From: Pseudomonadota bacterium
GTDB taxonomy: Bacteria; Bdellovibrionota_B; Oligoflexia; Oligoflexales; CAIMVM01
Direction of reading: 5' to 3'
Length of the DNA stretch: 52,454 nt
NCBI GenBank assembly: GCA_037142195.1
Contig: JBAXBA010000016.1
Span: forward strand, 1-52,454
Shown: positions 27,091 to 36,684 of the stretch, in pieces
Layout of the letters: the number at the start of each line of letters is the position of its first letter
How positions within the stretch are numbered: the first letter of the stretch is position 1
Translations under genes and position numbers: made by a program
Notes under the pieces: model-generated
The model's database searches: none
Seen by the model: only the letters and a program-made list of their open reading frames with translations
What the model was told of the DNA's origin: nothing

Positions 27091-29238
27091 ATGAAATTCT
27101 TGATTTTCCTAGCTTGGATTTCAACTCCCGTTGCCGCGCTAGATATTGGCTCCCGCGACCTGGTAGAACTTAAGGTTACAGGAGACCAAGTCGTCAACTG
27201 GCAAGGAGATGGATTTAATCTTGGTTGCCAGAGAGGCGCGAGCTGTCTATTTGATGCAAGCAAGTTTTCTAAGGGTTCGTATCCTCTTCTCTACTTCCGA
27301 GAAGAAAACCAAAGTCTGTATTTTGGCTCTGAAATCCTAGAAATGTCTTCCGACAATGTCCGAAAAAAGTTGGAATTGAGACTGCCACTTGAAAAAAAAA
27401 TCACTCCAGATGACGTGTTTGCTTCTGTAATCTCAGGGGTTGGATTTATCCAAAGAGACCAAAAAAAAATCATCTTGAAGAACTTTCCTGAAATATTAAA
27501 TCCTAATGATATCGTTGAAACTTCCGGCGACTCTACAATCTACATAAATCTCTCAATGACCGAATCCGCACTCATTCAAAAAGACAGTCGCATAAAAATT
27601 GGTGGTCCTGACAGCTCTATCTCTCCGCATATATGGCTCGGTGGAAACGGAACTTTTAGTTCGCCAAAAGAGTCCTTCTTTCAGGTTGGAAATTCGAGGG
27701 TACAATCAGGCAAAAAAGGTGGCCAAATCTTGATCTATGAGAGCACAGAAGGGATTGGGCTTTTACCCCTGGAAGGGGAATACGAAATCATGTCGAAGAA
27801 TTCAAATCTGAAAATTTCTGCACCCTTTGGGCTATTTTTAAAGGACCAAAAAAAACAATTGATATCTCGCCTCTCTTGCGACGATCCCTTGGAATTCATA
27901 AAAGCAGGAATTGCCTTTACGGCAGAGTGCAAACAAGTAAAACTCAAAAGTTTAGGAATAAATTCCAAAATTCTAACCGATGATACTGTCGCACCCTCAA
28001 ATCCCATCTCCCAAGAATGGAAACTGCCATGGTTGAAGTCGTCTCTGTTGAAGTCAGGTTTAGACGTCGAGCAAAAGCTTATAATGGGAACTCTGGATAC
28101 GGTTCATGCAAGCGATCCCTTTCAGGTAAAGATTCGATATTATTTACTAAAAAACGACTGCGCTGCCGTCATGAGAGAAACCCCAGAAGCTGAACAAGAG
28201 AAGCAACTTAAGATTTACTACAATAGCATTTGTTCGGTGAGATCTTCCAAGTACAGTAGTGCTAAAAACAACCTTCTTTGGGTCAGGCCAAGACTCACTG
28301 ATGACAGCTTAAGTCAATCAGTAGACACACTTCTAAACTCTGATTGGGTCAGGCCTCTACCAAAAGAAAATCTGAGCTTATTTGTGGGTCGTGACTCTAA
28401 TGGATTTCTAAAAGAGGCTCATCCCACTTATTCGCCTTTCAAAGCTTACAAAGAGAGATTTATGCCATTTTTTGGGGGCGCTCTGAATCGTCAGTGGCGG
28501 CTCTTTGAGGAGGAACCCCTTGAGTTTCGGCTTCAATTGTCTTTGGAAGCCAAAGCTTATTTAGTGGAAAACCAAATTCCTTTCGCCAGACACTATGAAG
28601 ATATAACCCTACCCATGGCATTTCATATTTCAAAGGGTTCTTTAGTTGAGCTGTCCCCTATAGTGAAAATTTCAGGCAATGGATTTCCATTAGAAACCAT
28701 CGGCGCTGGTATGTATGCCAAAATAAAGATCGATTCCTTAAGCGTTAAAACTGACGTCGTAAACACTGATGACTTTAATGATCAACCGGAGATCCTTGAT
28801 TATGTTTCAGGAAATCCTACCGCATTTACCTCTACGGTAAACTCTGACCGTCCTTTCATGACGAGAACGAGCACAATAGCCTATGGCTTCTTTACTCCTA
28901 AAACAAGCAACAACGTTTATTTGGAATACTTAAAATCACGTTACCTAAAGTCTGTAGAAAACAATCAAAGCTTTCAAGCATTTGCCATTGGGGGTGATTC
29001 CTATTTCGAACTCATGAAATTACTCCAAATTAATCTCGGCTTTAAATACGAAAACAGAAGCTATATCGAAGCCCAAAAAGGTTCTTTGCTTACACTCTCC
29101 GGGAAGAGTCTTTGGAATTTTTCCCCAGACTACTCCGTATTTCTAAAGTTAGACCATACAACATCACAAGGAAACCTCGTCAACGCCAACTGGACTACTA
29201 CACAAATTTCCATGGGTGGCTCCAAGGATTTGCGCTAA
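27091..29238 (+). CDS. exported protein with FecR-like domain, helical/TPR-like middle and probable C-terminal beta-barrel
   Basis: signal peptide, L.P.D.V.T...S...I.L FecR pattern, alternating aromatic beta strands in the C-terminal 300 aa. Confidence 0.6.
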   Translation: MKFLIFLAWISTPVAALDIGSRDLVELKVTGDQVVNWQGDGFNLGCQRGASCLFDASKFSKGSYPLLYFREENQSLYFGSEILEMSSDNVRKKLELRLPLEKKITPDDVFASVISGVGFIQRDQKKIILKNFPEILNPNDIVETSGDSTIYINLSMTESALIQKDSRIKIGGPDSSISPHIWLGGNGTFSSPKESFFQVGNSRVQSGKKGGQILIYESTEGIGLLPLEGEYEIMSKNSNLKISAPFGLFLKDQKKQLISRLSCDDPLEFIKAGIAFTAECKQVKLKSLGINSKILTDDTVAPSNPISQEWKLPWLKSSLLKSGLDVEQKLIMGTLDTVHASDPFQVKIRYYLLKNDCAAVMRETPEAEQEKQLKIYYNSICSVRSSKYSSAKNNLLWVRPRLTDDSLSQSVDTLLNSDWVRPLPKENLSLFVGRDSNGFLKEAHPTYSPFKAYKERFMPFFGGALNRQWRLFEEEPLEFRLQLSLEAKAYLVENQIPFARHYEDITLPMAFHISKGSLVELSPIVKISGNGFPLETIGAGMYAKIKIDSLSVKTDVVNTDDFNDQPEILDYVSGNPTAFTSTVNSDRPFMTRTSTIAYGFFTPKTSNNVYLEYLKSRYLKSVENNQSFQAFAIGGDSYFELMKLLQINLGFKYENRSYIEAQKGSLLTLSGKSLWNFSPDYSVFLKLDHTTSQGNLVNANWTTTQISMGGSKDLR

Positions 29239-30392
29239 AGGCTAGTTCCTACGTTCCCTTGTTGCGCACCTATTTGCAGGTAATTATCGATGATTTCAAC
29301 CGAAACACTCGAGCGCGTATCAAAAGTCTTCTTCAAGAATATTTTAAATAAAATGCTGATTATAGGAATTCTACCCCATGGATCAAGCCTTGATTCAGCA
29401 TTCTTATTTCCTTTCAAAGTTGAGTCCGCAATGATGTTCCTATCGTTGAATTTAGTTTGAAAATTTGTATTGACTTCACTCTCTCCAGAATCAGATTTCA
29501 GCTTGACTCGAAAATTTGCATATCCTAGCCGGGAATCCCAAAGGACGTTCCCTTGGCCTTCCACTCTCAAGTATTCGCCGTTATTATTCGTAAAAGACTC
29601 AACAAATGAAAAATCTTTGGCGTGCTCTATTTTCATTATCTTTGTAGAAATAGAGTCGTGTTCTTGATTGGATTCCTCCCCTATATGGGGAGGGACATCC
29701 ATCTGCTTCGTTGCCAGTCTTCCAAAGTCTCTGGCGTGATCATCTCTATCAGAAGAAAATTGAAAACTAATTTTGATATACTTCGAAGGGACAATCTTTT
29801 GGGGAAATATGACAATCAGATGACTTAGAGCCCGGGCGATCAAATCCTGTTCCGCTTTACTTAAATTTCCTTTAACTATGAGAACTCGCCCTGGTAACTT
29901 GCTTACGGATTCGACTCCCACTCCCAATATTTCTGTCGGACTCGCACCAAAATGTATCTTGCCCCTTGTCTGGTCAACCCATTTTTCGTCGACAAAAGAA
30001 TTTAGGGCGTAAATCTGGTCGATGCTGCGCACTTCATTTGAAACTACATTTCCTTTACATTTGAAATGTATCTCCTGGCATTCATGATCCCTTTTTATAC
30101 TGGCTTCTACACGAATTAAAATGGGTTCCTGAGTTCTTGATATAGGCGTTGGGTCTATGACCGAAAGACCCTCTTTAAGTGCAATCACCTTGTAGGTAGA
30201 CTCTGAAGTCTGAAACAAATGGACAGAGTTTCCTTTGACTTTAATTCCTTCAGGCGAATCTATGGTGAGCTCTTTCACAGCTCCCATGGGGAGAGTGAGA
30301 GTTTCGGAAAGATCGGCCGCTTTCAGGCTGGAGCTCCAAAACATCACGCATATCACCAGGATTCGTAATAAATTTTTCTTATGTTTTTGCAT
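29235..30392 (-). CDS. divergent CpaC/RcpA-like Tad pilus secretin
   Basis: signal peptide, N-terminal L.L..G....L.I...V.ALKEG.S.I pilus-assembly domain, C-terminal PWGRIPIISILF secretin motif. Confidence 0.55.
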   Translation of the reverse strand: MQKHKKNLLRILVICVMFWSSSLKAADLSETLTLPMGAVKELTIDSPEGIKVKGNSVHLFQTSESTYKVIALKEGLSVIDPTPISRTQEPILIRVEASIKRDHECQEIHFKCKGNVVSNEVRSIDQIYALNSFVDEKWVDQTRGKIHFGASPTEILGVGVESVSKLPGRVLIVKGNLSKAEQDLIARALSHLIVIFPQKIVPSKYIKISFQFSSDRDDHARDFGRLATKQMDVPPHIGEESNQEHDSISTKIMKIEHAKDFSFVESFTNNNGEYLRVEGQGNVLWDSRLGYANFRVKLKSDSGESEVNTNFQTKFNDRNIIADSTLKGNKNAESRLDPWGRIPIISILFKIFLKKTFDTRSSVSVEIIDNYLQIGAQQGNVGTSL

Positions 30393-30817
30393 GACTCGGC
30401 CCCAGGCGGAATTTTTTCAACAAACCTTGTATTCTTCAACAGATTCCATTTGTTATGAGGAAGTTGACTCATTAGAGACGACTTAATTGTTATAGAGTTC
30501 TCTCTGCAATTGAACTCAATATTTGGCAATAGGACACATAGTACATCCGAGCTACTTAGAAGAACTCCGGTCACCTTTGTTTTCCCATCACATGAAATCT
30601 CCACTTTTAGAGACGTGTCCATCTCAATGTGTGGACTCTTGTCGGGCAAGTCTGGATTTTTACTCTTTAGGAAACTCCATAAAAGTAGGATCATCACTAG
30701 AAGAATCATAGGATGACCCAGCCTGGAGAGCATCTTGTGTCTCGATTTTCCTGCCCACTGCTGCAACCAGATGGAGGCTGCATTTGAAAACGATAATCCA
30801 GGTGATTCCTTCTCCAT
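30353..30817 (-). CDS. membrane-anchored hypothetical protein (CpaB-like position)
   Basis: single TM segment, overlaps the secretin-like gene. Confidence 0.55.
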   Translation of the reverse strand: MEKESPGLSFSNAASIWLQQWAGKSRHKMLSRLGHPMILLVMILLLWSFLKSKNPDLPDKSPHIEMDTSLKVEISCDGKTKVTGVLLSSSDVLCVLLPNIEFNCRENSITIKSSLMSQLPHNKWNLLKNTRFVEKIPPGAESCKNIRKIYYESW

Positions 30818-30839
30818 AGTTCATTTTTCCCGCCTTTTT

Positions 30840-31070
30840 TTATATTTTTTTTATTCTGAAATAGCATCCAGAAGGTAAGCGTCTGGAATCTAAGGACCAC
30901 CCAAGACATGACTTATCTGAAGACATTCCTTGAGGGGGAGTGCTCTCGCAAAATTCTCTATGAAGCGCTTCAAGTTCTTTGTAGCAGCCCGTTAGTTTGG
31001 ATATTTTTTTTACTTCTTCATGGATAGCTAATGCGACTACAAAGCTAAAAACAAAGCCCACATAGTTCAT
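30840..31070 (-). CDS. small exported/membrane Cys-rich protein (possible pilin-like)
   Basis: N-terminal hydrophobic stretch, four Cys; first gene of the triplet. Confidence 0.45.
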   Translation of the reverse strand: MNYVGFVFSFVVALAIHEEVKKISKLTGCYKELEALHREFCESTPPQGMSSDKSCLGWSLDSRRLPSGCYFRIKKI

Positions 31071-31155
31071 ACTCGTACCTGCCACTTACTTTTCTGAAAG
31101 TGGAATACTAGATAGTGACTTTAAGTGCTATGACTAAAATATTCTATTGATGGCT

Positions 31156-32136
31156 CTATTTATGGCTGCTATAGAGATCAGATTTTCTAAATGGGATGAC
31201 CTGATGGATAGAAGTGTGACCTAAAAGAATTGCGAGCCAACGATCGAAACCTAAGGCATTACCGCACGCACTCCCTATGCCTTGTCTCAAACACTCAAAA
31301 AACTGTCGATCTTGGTCAGGAGTCTCATAGCCCTGCGACCGGCGAAATTCATCTGTTTTAGCAAATCGGCGTGCATTCTCTTCAGGGGAAAGACATTCTT
31401 TAAATCCGTTTGATAGTTCGATGCCCCGCACATAGAACTCAACTCTCTTGGCAACTCCGTCTTCAACCTCTGCTAGAGCTGCCTGGGAGGGTGGATAGTC
31501 ATAGAGAACTGCTACTTCTTGCTTCGCCAACATAGGCTCAATCTTTTCGAGCAATACCTTAAAAAATGTTGAAAAAAAATCATCATTATCAGTCACAGAA
31601 AGAATGTTAGCTTCCCTTGCCTTTTGGGGCAAATCTGGATCTAAATCTACCAGTTCGATTCCTACATGTGCAAATGCTTCATAGACAGAAATCCGTGGAA
31701 CTACCTTAGGAATTGATAGGTGAGAGGAATGATTCATCTTAGCAAATCGCTCGCTTGTAAATCTTAAAAAAAGCTCAATTTGATCCATGAAGTTAGCAAA
31801 GCTTAAGCCTTTTTCATACCACTCCAACATGGAAAATTCTGGATGATGCCAATCGGAATGCTCGCCATGATTTCGAAAGCAGGGAGCTATTTGAAAAATC
31901 CTCTCCTCGCCTTGAGCCAAAATTTGCTTCATATGGATTTCAGGACTAGACCTTAACCACAGCTGATGCGAGACATTTTGGTAATCCAGCCATTTCGTAC
32001 CAAAATACCGTAAATGGTCTTCGGATCCTGGCGTGATAACAACCACAGGAGATTCCACCTCCAAATAGCCGCGCTCATTAAAGAAATCCCGAATGCAGGT
32101 CTTCAAATAATGGCGCTGCCTTTGGAAATTCAGCAT
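31156..32136 (-). CDS. epmA: EF-P lysine aminoacylase EpmA (GenX/PoxA)
   Basis: LRSSPE..MK.IL, FRN.GE....H.PEFSMLEWY, YP.SQAALA, RVEFY..GIELSNGF, G.ALGFDR; no anticodon-binding domain. Confidence 0.93.
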   Translation of the reverse strand: MLNFQRQRHYLKTCIRDFFNERGYLEVESPVVVITPGSEDHLRYFGTKWLDYQNVSHQLWLRSSPEIHMKQILAQGEERIFQIAPCFRNHGEHSDWHHPEFSMLEWYEKGLSFANFMDQIELFLRFTSERFAKMNHSSHLSIPKVVPRISVYEAFAHVGIELVDLDPDLPQKAREANILSVTDNDDFFSTFFKVLLEKIEPMLAKQEVAVLYDYPPSQAALAEVEDGVAKRVEFYVRGIELSNGFKECLSPEENARRFAKTDEFRRSQGYETPDQDRQFFECLRQGIGSACGNALGFDRWLAILLGHTSIHQVIPFRKSDLYSSHK

Positions 32137-34709
32137 CAAACGAACGCTTTTTTCTTCGCCAGGGATAGCTTGGCCCTTGTCTTTGCGTTTAATTTAACGG
32201 GATTCTTGGACGGAACTTTTTTCGAGGTGCTTTGCATCGTTTCTACTTTGGGTTTCTTTGCATTTTCATGGTCTTTATCTCGTTCTTTGTCCGCTGCAGA
32301 AAGTCTCTTTGCAATAATATCTAGCGCAGATCCTTGGGCAAAGGTTTTATCTAATACCGAATGAGCTCCAAATGGTTTACCTGTGGCTAGTTCAAAAACT
32401 TGCCAAAAGTAGGTGCAAGGGTAGATCTTCAATCGTCCCTCTGAGACGGCCTTTCTGGCCTGAGGATGAAGCATGAGCTGATTTTGATTTTGAACAGGCA
32501 TAATGATATGACAGACTTTCTTTGTTTTGACACTCTCAGAAGCTTTCAGAAACCCTTCAATTTTTTCGTTGACGCCACCTACTGGCTGGACTTCGCCAAA
32601 TTGATTTAAAGAGCCTGTTACAGCAAAATCTTGGGAAATTGGAATACCTGAGAGGGCACTAATAACAACGAGTAGCTCGGCACATGTGGCACTGTCGCCA
32701 TCGATCATTCCATAGGATTGCTCAAATGCAACACTCGCAGTGAATCCTGCAATCTTTGTTCTAGAAAGCAGGGAATTTAGGAATCCGGTCAATATATAGA
32801 TACCCTTGTCATGGATATTCCCTGAGAGCTTAGAGGCTCTCTCAATGTTTAAGATGCCGCCTTCTGTCATGGATACGCTACAAGTAATTCTGCTAGGCTT
32901 TCCAAACGAATAATCGCCTAGGTCATAGACAGCCAGTCCGTTAACCTGGCCGATAACCTTACCTTCAAAGCTCAACATGATGTCTCGATTAACGATCATT
33001 TCCTGCATATGGTCTTCCACCATATTGACGCGATTCCATTGCAATTCTAAAGCCTCTTCCACATGCTCTTTTCGAATAGCACGCGCATTATAGCTCCTAG
33101 CAACATAGTCTGATTCAATAGTAAGATCTTTTAGTTTTCCATATTGGGTTGTGAGATGCTTTTGGGAATCCACCAAACGACCGCCATACTCGACGATAGA
33201 AGATATCGCTGTCGGATCAAAAGGCAAAAGATTTTCTATTTTGCTTCTTGTGGCGATAAAGGAAGCATAAGCATTTATATTCTTCGGAGCTCGCACCATT
33301 TTATGTTCGAAATCTGCCTTAATTTTAAAAATCTTTTGGAAGTCTTCATCCAATCCATAAAGCACATGATAAATTTCGTCATTACCAATAAGAATCACTT
33401 TTATATCGAGAGGTATAGGCTCAGGTCTAAGGCCAGAAGTAGGAAGTAAAGAAAATTGCTCCCCTAGATCCTCAATATAAGCCTTGCGATTTTTAAGTAC
33501 ACGCTTCAGCGTGTCCCACACCGTTCCTGTTTTAAACATATCCTGGGCATTTAAAACGAGATAACCCCCATTTGCTTTATGCAAGGCTCCGGCATGAACC
33601 ATAGAGTAGTCAGTCAAATACATGCCGTGTTCAACATTTTTCTCGATTTTTCCAAAAAGGTTGTAGTAGGTTGGGTTAGATTCAATGACAACAGGAGCGC
33701 CCTTAGTTCCTCTGTTATCAACGAATACATTGATTTTATATTTTCTAAACTTATCCCTTTCACCGCCTGCTAATACGACCAGTTCTTGCTCTTCCGACTT
33801 ACCACCAGAAGAATCTGAATCAGTCTCAAAAAACTCAGATAAATTGTCTAGAATATGGGTGGCAATTTCATCGAGGTACTTTTCAATTTCTTTATTTTTT
33901 TTGTAGCTTTCGCTTACGGGCCCTAATATTGCTGCAATTACTTGGCGCCCAATTTCTTTTTGAAGATTTTCAATATACTGTTTCGTTTCAATCTCTATGG
34001 ATCGAACTTTTCGCGCGAAATCGAGCACTTCGGGTTCCAAGGCCGATCGAGTCGCCTCTACTCGTTCCCGATCTTCCGCCGAAAGTTTTGCGTATTCTTT
34101 TTCCGTTAAGGGACGACCTTCGATAACCGGAATGGTCTCGATGCCAACACGAGTAGATTTAATTTGAAAGTTTTTTTCTTTGGCCATTTTTTCGAGTTCC
34201 GCGAACATCTTGGCCTGAATTTCATTGCTTCTAGAAACCGCTGAATTTACGGCGTTTTCGTAGTCTTCACTTTGAAGTGCGTTGGGCACTTCTTGCTTTA
34301 ACGTTTTGACAGCAGCTTCCATCGTTTTAGAAAATTTCCAGGCAGTACCTGTTTCCATCTCAATTGCTTTTGGGCGATCGGATTGGGTAAAATTATAAAC
34401 GTATATCCAATCTGGTGGAGTTTCTGTGTCTTTAGACCATTTTTCTAAAAAGGTGCGAATGACGCTTGTTTTACCAGTTCCTTGGATGCCCGCAACGTAA
34501 ATATTATAGCCAGGCTTTCGGATACCCAATCCCATGTTTATCGCCTTAATAGCCCGCTCTTGTGCAATAAAGTCATGGGTGGCCTTTAAGGTCTTTGTCG
34601 ACTTGAACTTAAATAGACTTGGCGGACAAGGCAAGAATACCTGGTCCGCCTTTAAGTATGCGGGAAGTTTTTGAATTGTCGATCGAGCCGGAGTCTTTTT
34701 GGTTGTCAC
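32136..34709 (-). CDS. LonC/YcbZ-type AAA+ Lon protease
   Basis: IAQERA, GYNIYVAG..GTGKT, NPTYYNLFG.IE, GALHKANGGYL, FEQSYG.IDGDSA (Ser) and GGVNEKIEGF (Lys); start uncertain. Confidence 0.92.
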   Translation of the reverse strand: MTTKKTPARSTIQKLPAYLKADQVFLPCPPSLFKFKSTKTLKATHDFIAQERAIKAINMGLGIRKPGYNIYVAGIQGTGKTSVIRTFLEKWSKDTETPPDWIYVYNFTQSDRPKAIEMETGTAWKFSKTMEAAVKTLKQEVPNALQSEDYENAVNSAVSRSNEIQAKMFAELEKMAKEKNFQIKSTRVGIETIPVIEGRPLTEKEYAKLSAEDRERVEATRSALEPEVLDFARKVRSIEIETKQYIENLQKEIGRQVIAAILGPVSESYKKNKEIEKYLDEIATHILDNLSEFFETDSDSSGGKSEEQELVVLAGGERDKFRKYKINVFVDNRGTKGAPVVIESNPTYYNLFGKIEKNVEHGMYLTDYSMVHAGALHKANGGYLVLNAQDMFKTGTVWDTLKRVLKNRKAYIEDLGEQFSLLPTSGLRPEPIPLDIKVILIGNDEIYHVLYGLDEDFQKIFKIKADFEHKMVRAPKNINAYASFIATRSKIENLLPFDPTAISSIVEYGGRLVDSQKHLTTQYGKLKDLTIESDYVARSYNARAIRKEHVEEALELQWNRVNMVEDHMQEMIVNRDIMLSFEGKVIGQVNGLAVYDLGDYSFGKPSRITCSVSMTEGGILNIERASKLSGNIHDKGIYILTGFLNSLLSRTKIAGFTASVAFEQSYGMIDGDSATCAELLVVISALSGIPISQDFAVTGSLNQFGEVQPVGGVNEKIEGFLKASESVKTKKVCHIIMPVQNQNQLMLHPQARKAVSEGRLKIYPCTYFWQVFELATGKPFGAHSVLDKTFAQGSALDIIAKRLSAADKERDKDHENAKKPKVETMQSTSKKVPSKNPVKLNAKTRAKLSLAKKKAFV

Positions 34710-34744
34710 GTTTATATAGCCTTTCCAAAAGTCTCCTGGCTTAA

Positions 34745-35437
34745 TTAATCCATGGGATATAACTGATTGATAAGAGCTTTGTATGTATCCCAAAGCTCAA
34801 ATCTTGCAGCTGGTTCCTCAAGAACAGCCAGAAGGTTGCCAAGAATCAATGCACCTTTGCCAGATTCTTCATTCAAGAAATGTTCGCCGTAAGCATCAAT
34901 AAAATCAAGTGCTTCTTGTATGCCATCATGGGAATGTCGGTGAATCGCTACCGCAACGCCCATTTCAAGCCAGATGCCAAGTTCTTGTGGATTGGCCTTA
35001 GCTTTGATGCCTATACGTACAGTATCGTTGCAAAGAGCGGTCAAATGACCATCTGGAAGCCAATCACGATGTTCACCTGTAAAGTAAGATAGAGTTCGAA
35101 AGGCCTGGTACCAATTTTTGGCTGCTAAATGAATTCGAATCCGCTCCATCATCCGCTCATAGGCTTCAATGGTCTTAGCCCGTTGCTCAGCTTCTGCCCT
35201 TTCTCTCGCTTCTAGTTCTGGTCTGACTCGAGCCTTTAAGCTAGAGAGCGCCTCATAGGCCTCATCTAGGCCCACCATGGCCGCCACATCCAAGTCTCGA
35301 CCCAGTCCTTCAGAGACAAACTGAATGATATGGGGAACTGAGGTGTCCGTCGCATGGGAAAGCTGAGATAGGGACATTTTGGTTCCCGCTGGCCACTGCG
35401 GGATCATTTGATTAAGCCTGTAGACAAAGTCGATCAT
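34745..35437 (-). CDS. conserved hypothetical helical protein with N-terminal HTH-like segment
   Basis: 230-aa ORF, GGGGG SD; MSLSQLSHATDTSVPHI resembles a helix-turn-helix. Confidence 0.75.
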   Translation of the reverse strand: MIDFVYRLNQMIPQWPAGTKMSLSQLSHATDTSVPHIIQFVSEGLGRDLDVAAMVGLDEAYEALSSLKARVRPELEARERAEAEQRAKTIEAYERMMERIRIHLAAKNWYQAFRTLSYFTGEHRDWLPDGHLTALCNDTVRIGIKAKANPQELGIWLEMGVAVAIHRHSHDGIQEALDFIDAYGEHFLNEESGKGALILGNLLAVLEEPAARFELWDTYKALINQLYPMD

Positions 35438-35703
35438 TGTTTTGGTCCCCCATACCGTTGGTTTGAGACAAAAGTAACCTGACCCTTACACTAGGGTGTC
35501 CTGGTTCATGCTCTTATGTTTATTTCATTGAGTATAAGGGAAGCTGAGGTGCCTGATGAAAAATAATTTTCCAAATGACTTGAAATTGCCTTGGTTCTAA
35601 GGTTTTTTTTTTCAAAAACCTTGTACGTTAGGACTGGCAGGGCACTAATTGAGCAAAATGCTGCAAGCCTGCCAAAGGAAAGAGGTCTGTTCAGGATAGC
35701 CGA

Positions 35704-35737
35704 AAACCACGCCTATCAAAAATGGTAGGCGTGGTTT
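35704..35737. terminator. strong 15-bp stem-loop (terminator or REP-like)
   Basis: AAACCACGCCTATCA-aaaa-TGGTAGGCGTGGTTT, downstream of the small basic ORF. Confidence 0.6.
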
Positions 35738-35813
35738 CTAAATGATCGAGTCTTTCAGACCATCCGTTTTATGCTCACGTATGACCTGAAAGCCTTAACT
35801 GACTAGGATTCCG

Positions 35814-35924
35814 TTACTTAGCGTTTGTGCGCAGTTTACGTCTTTTTCGCATCATTTTGCGCTTCTTCTGTCCAACTTTGCGGCGGCCTTTAGGATGCTT
35901 TCTTTTATGTCTTGAACCGTGCAC
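35814..35924 (-). CDS. 36-aa highly basic protein, candidate small ribosomal protein
   Basis: GTG start, GGAG SD 5 nt upstream; MHGSRHKRKHPKGRRKVGQKKRKMMRKRRKLRTNAK, 19 K/R and no acidic residue. Confidence 0.8.
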   Translation of the reverse strand: MHGSRHKRKHPKGRRKVGQKKRKMMRKRRKLRTNAK

Positions 35925-35996
35925 TTTAACTCCATATCTTACAAGCGTTAGTGTCGCTTGGTTTACCAAGCTCTGATTGGATTCCTCGAAAAACGC

Positions 35997-36025
35997 AATC
36001 TACAGGGTAAAAAGATACTTGTCAA
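35997..36025 (-). promoter_or_regulatory. sigma-70 promoter of the small basic ORF
   Basis: TTGACA-N17-TAGATT. Confidence 0.7.
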
Positions 36026-36113
36026 CGAGACCTGAAGAGCTACCTAAAATAAGTAGAACGATGTAAAATAGTCCTAGAAATTTCGCACGTTGCCAATAAC
36101 GGAGGACATGCCT

Positions 36114-36647
36114 ATGGCTCGCCAAACAAAAGATAGGGTCGGAAGATCCCTGCGCTCCCTCGTAATAGAACCCTTTCAGCAGGTCAAACTCGGCGTCTAT
36201 GTAGTCGGCGTGTCTCTTGTTTTTATGGCCTTGGCAGGTTATGTGTTCCACCGGTCATTTGATGAGCAGTATCAAAATGTTATGAAAATATTTGCTGTTA
36301 CCGATCCTGACATGCAATGGCAGGTTCTTAATAATGATATCTACAGGAGCAATTTGAAAATACTTGTCGGTTTATTGTTAGGCTTTATTTCCTCGATGCT
36401 TTTTGTAGTCTTTCGAATGACTCATAAATATTATGGGCCCTTAGTTTCCGTCGAGCGTTTTTCAGATTTGATCAGCCAAGGGAAATATTTTGAGCGCGTT
36501 CAAGTTCGAAAGGGCGATGAACTAGGTCGGCTAGCTGCGAAGTTAAATGCTATGGCAGCCGAGCTTGAACGGAAACATGGCTCTCTAGTAGACAAAGATG
36601 GTCAGACCATTCGCCGCCGCAAAAATGAGTCCCCCAATGAAGGTTGA
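36114..36647 (+). CDS. two-TM HAMP domain protein without output domain
   Basis: QVKLG, two TM segments, THKYYGPL, VRKGDEL..LA..LN; GGAGG SD. Confidence 0.85.
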   Translation: MARQTKDRVGRSLRSLVIEPFQQVKLGVYVVGVSLVFMALAGYVFHRSFDEQYQNVMKIFAVTDPDMQWQVLNNDIYRSNLKILVGLLLGFISSMLFVVFRMTHKYYGPLVSVERFSDLISQGKYFERVQVRKGDELGRLAAKLNAMAAELERKHGSLVDKDGQTIRRRKNESPNEG

Positions 36648-36684
36648 ATTCGAATAAAGTGCCAGCTATGAATCGTAAAAAATT

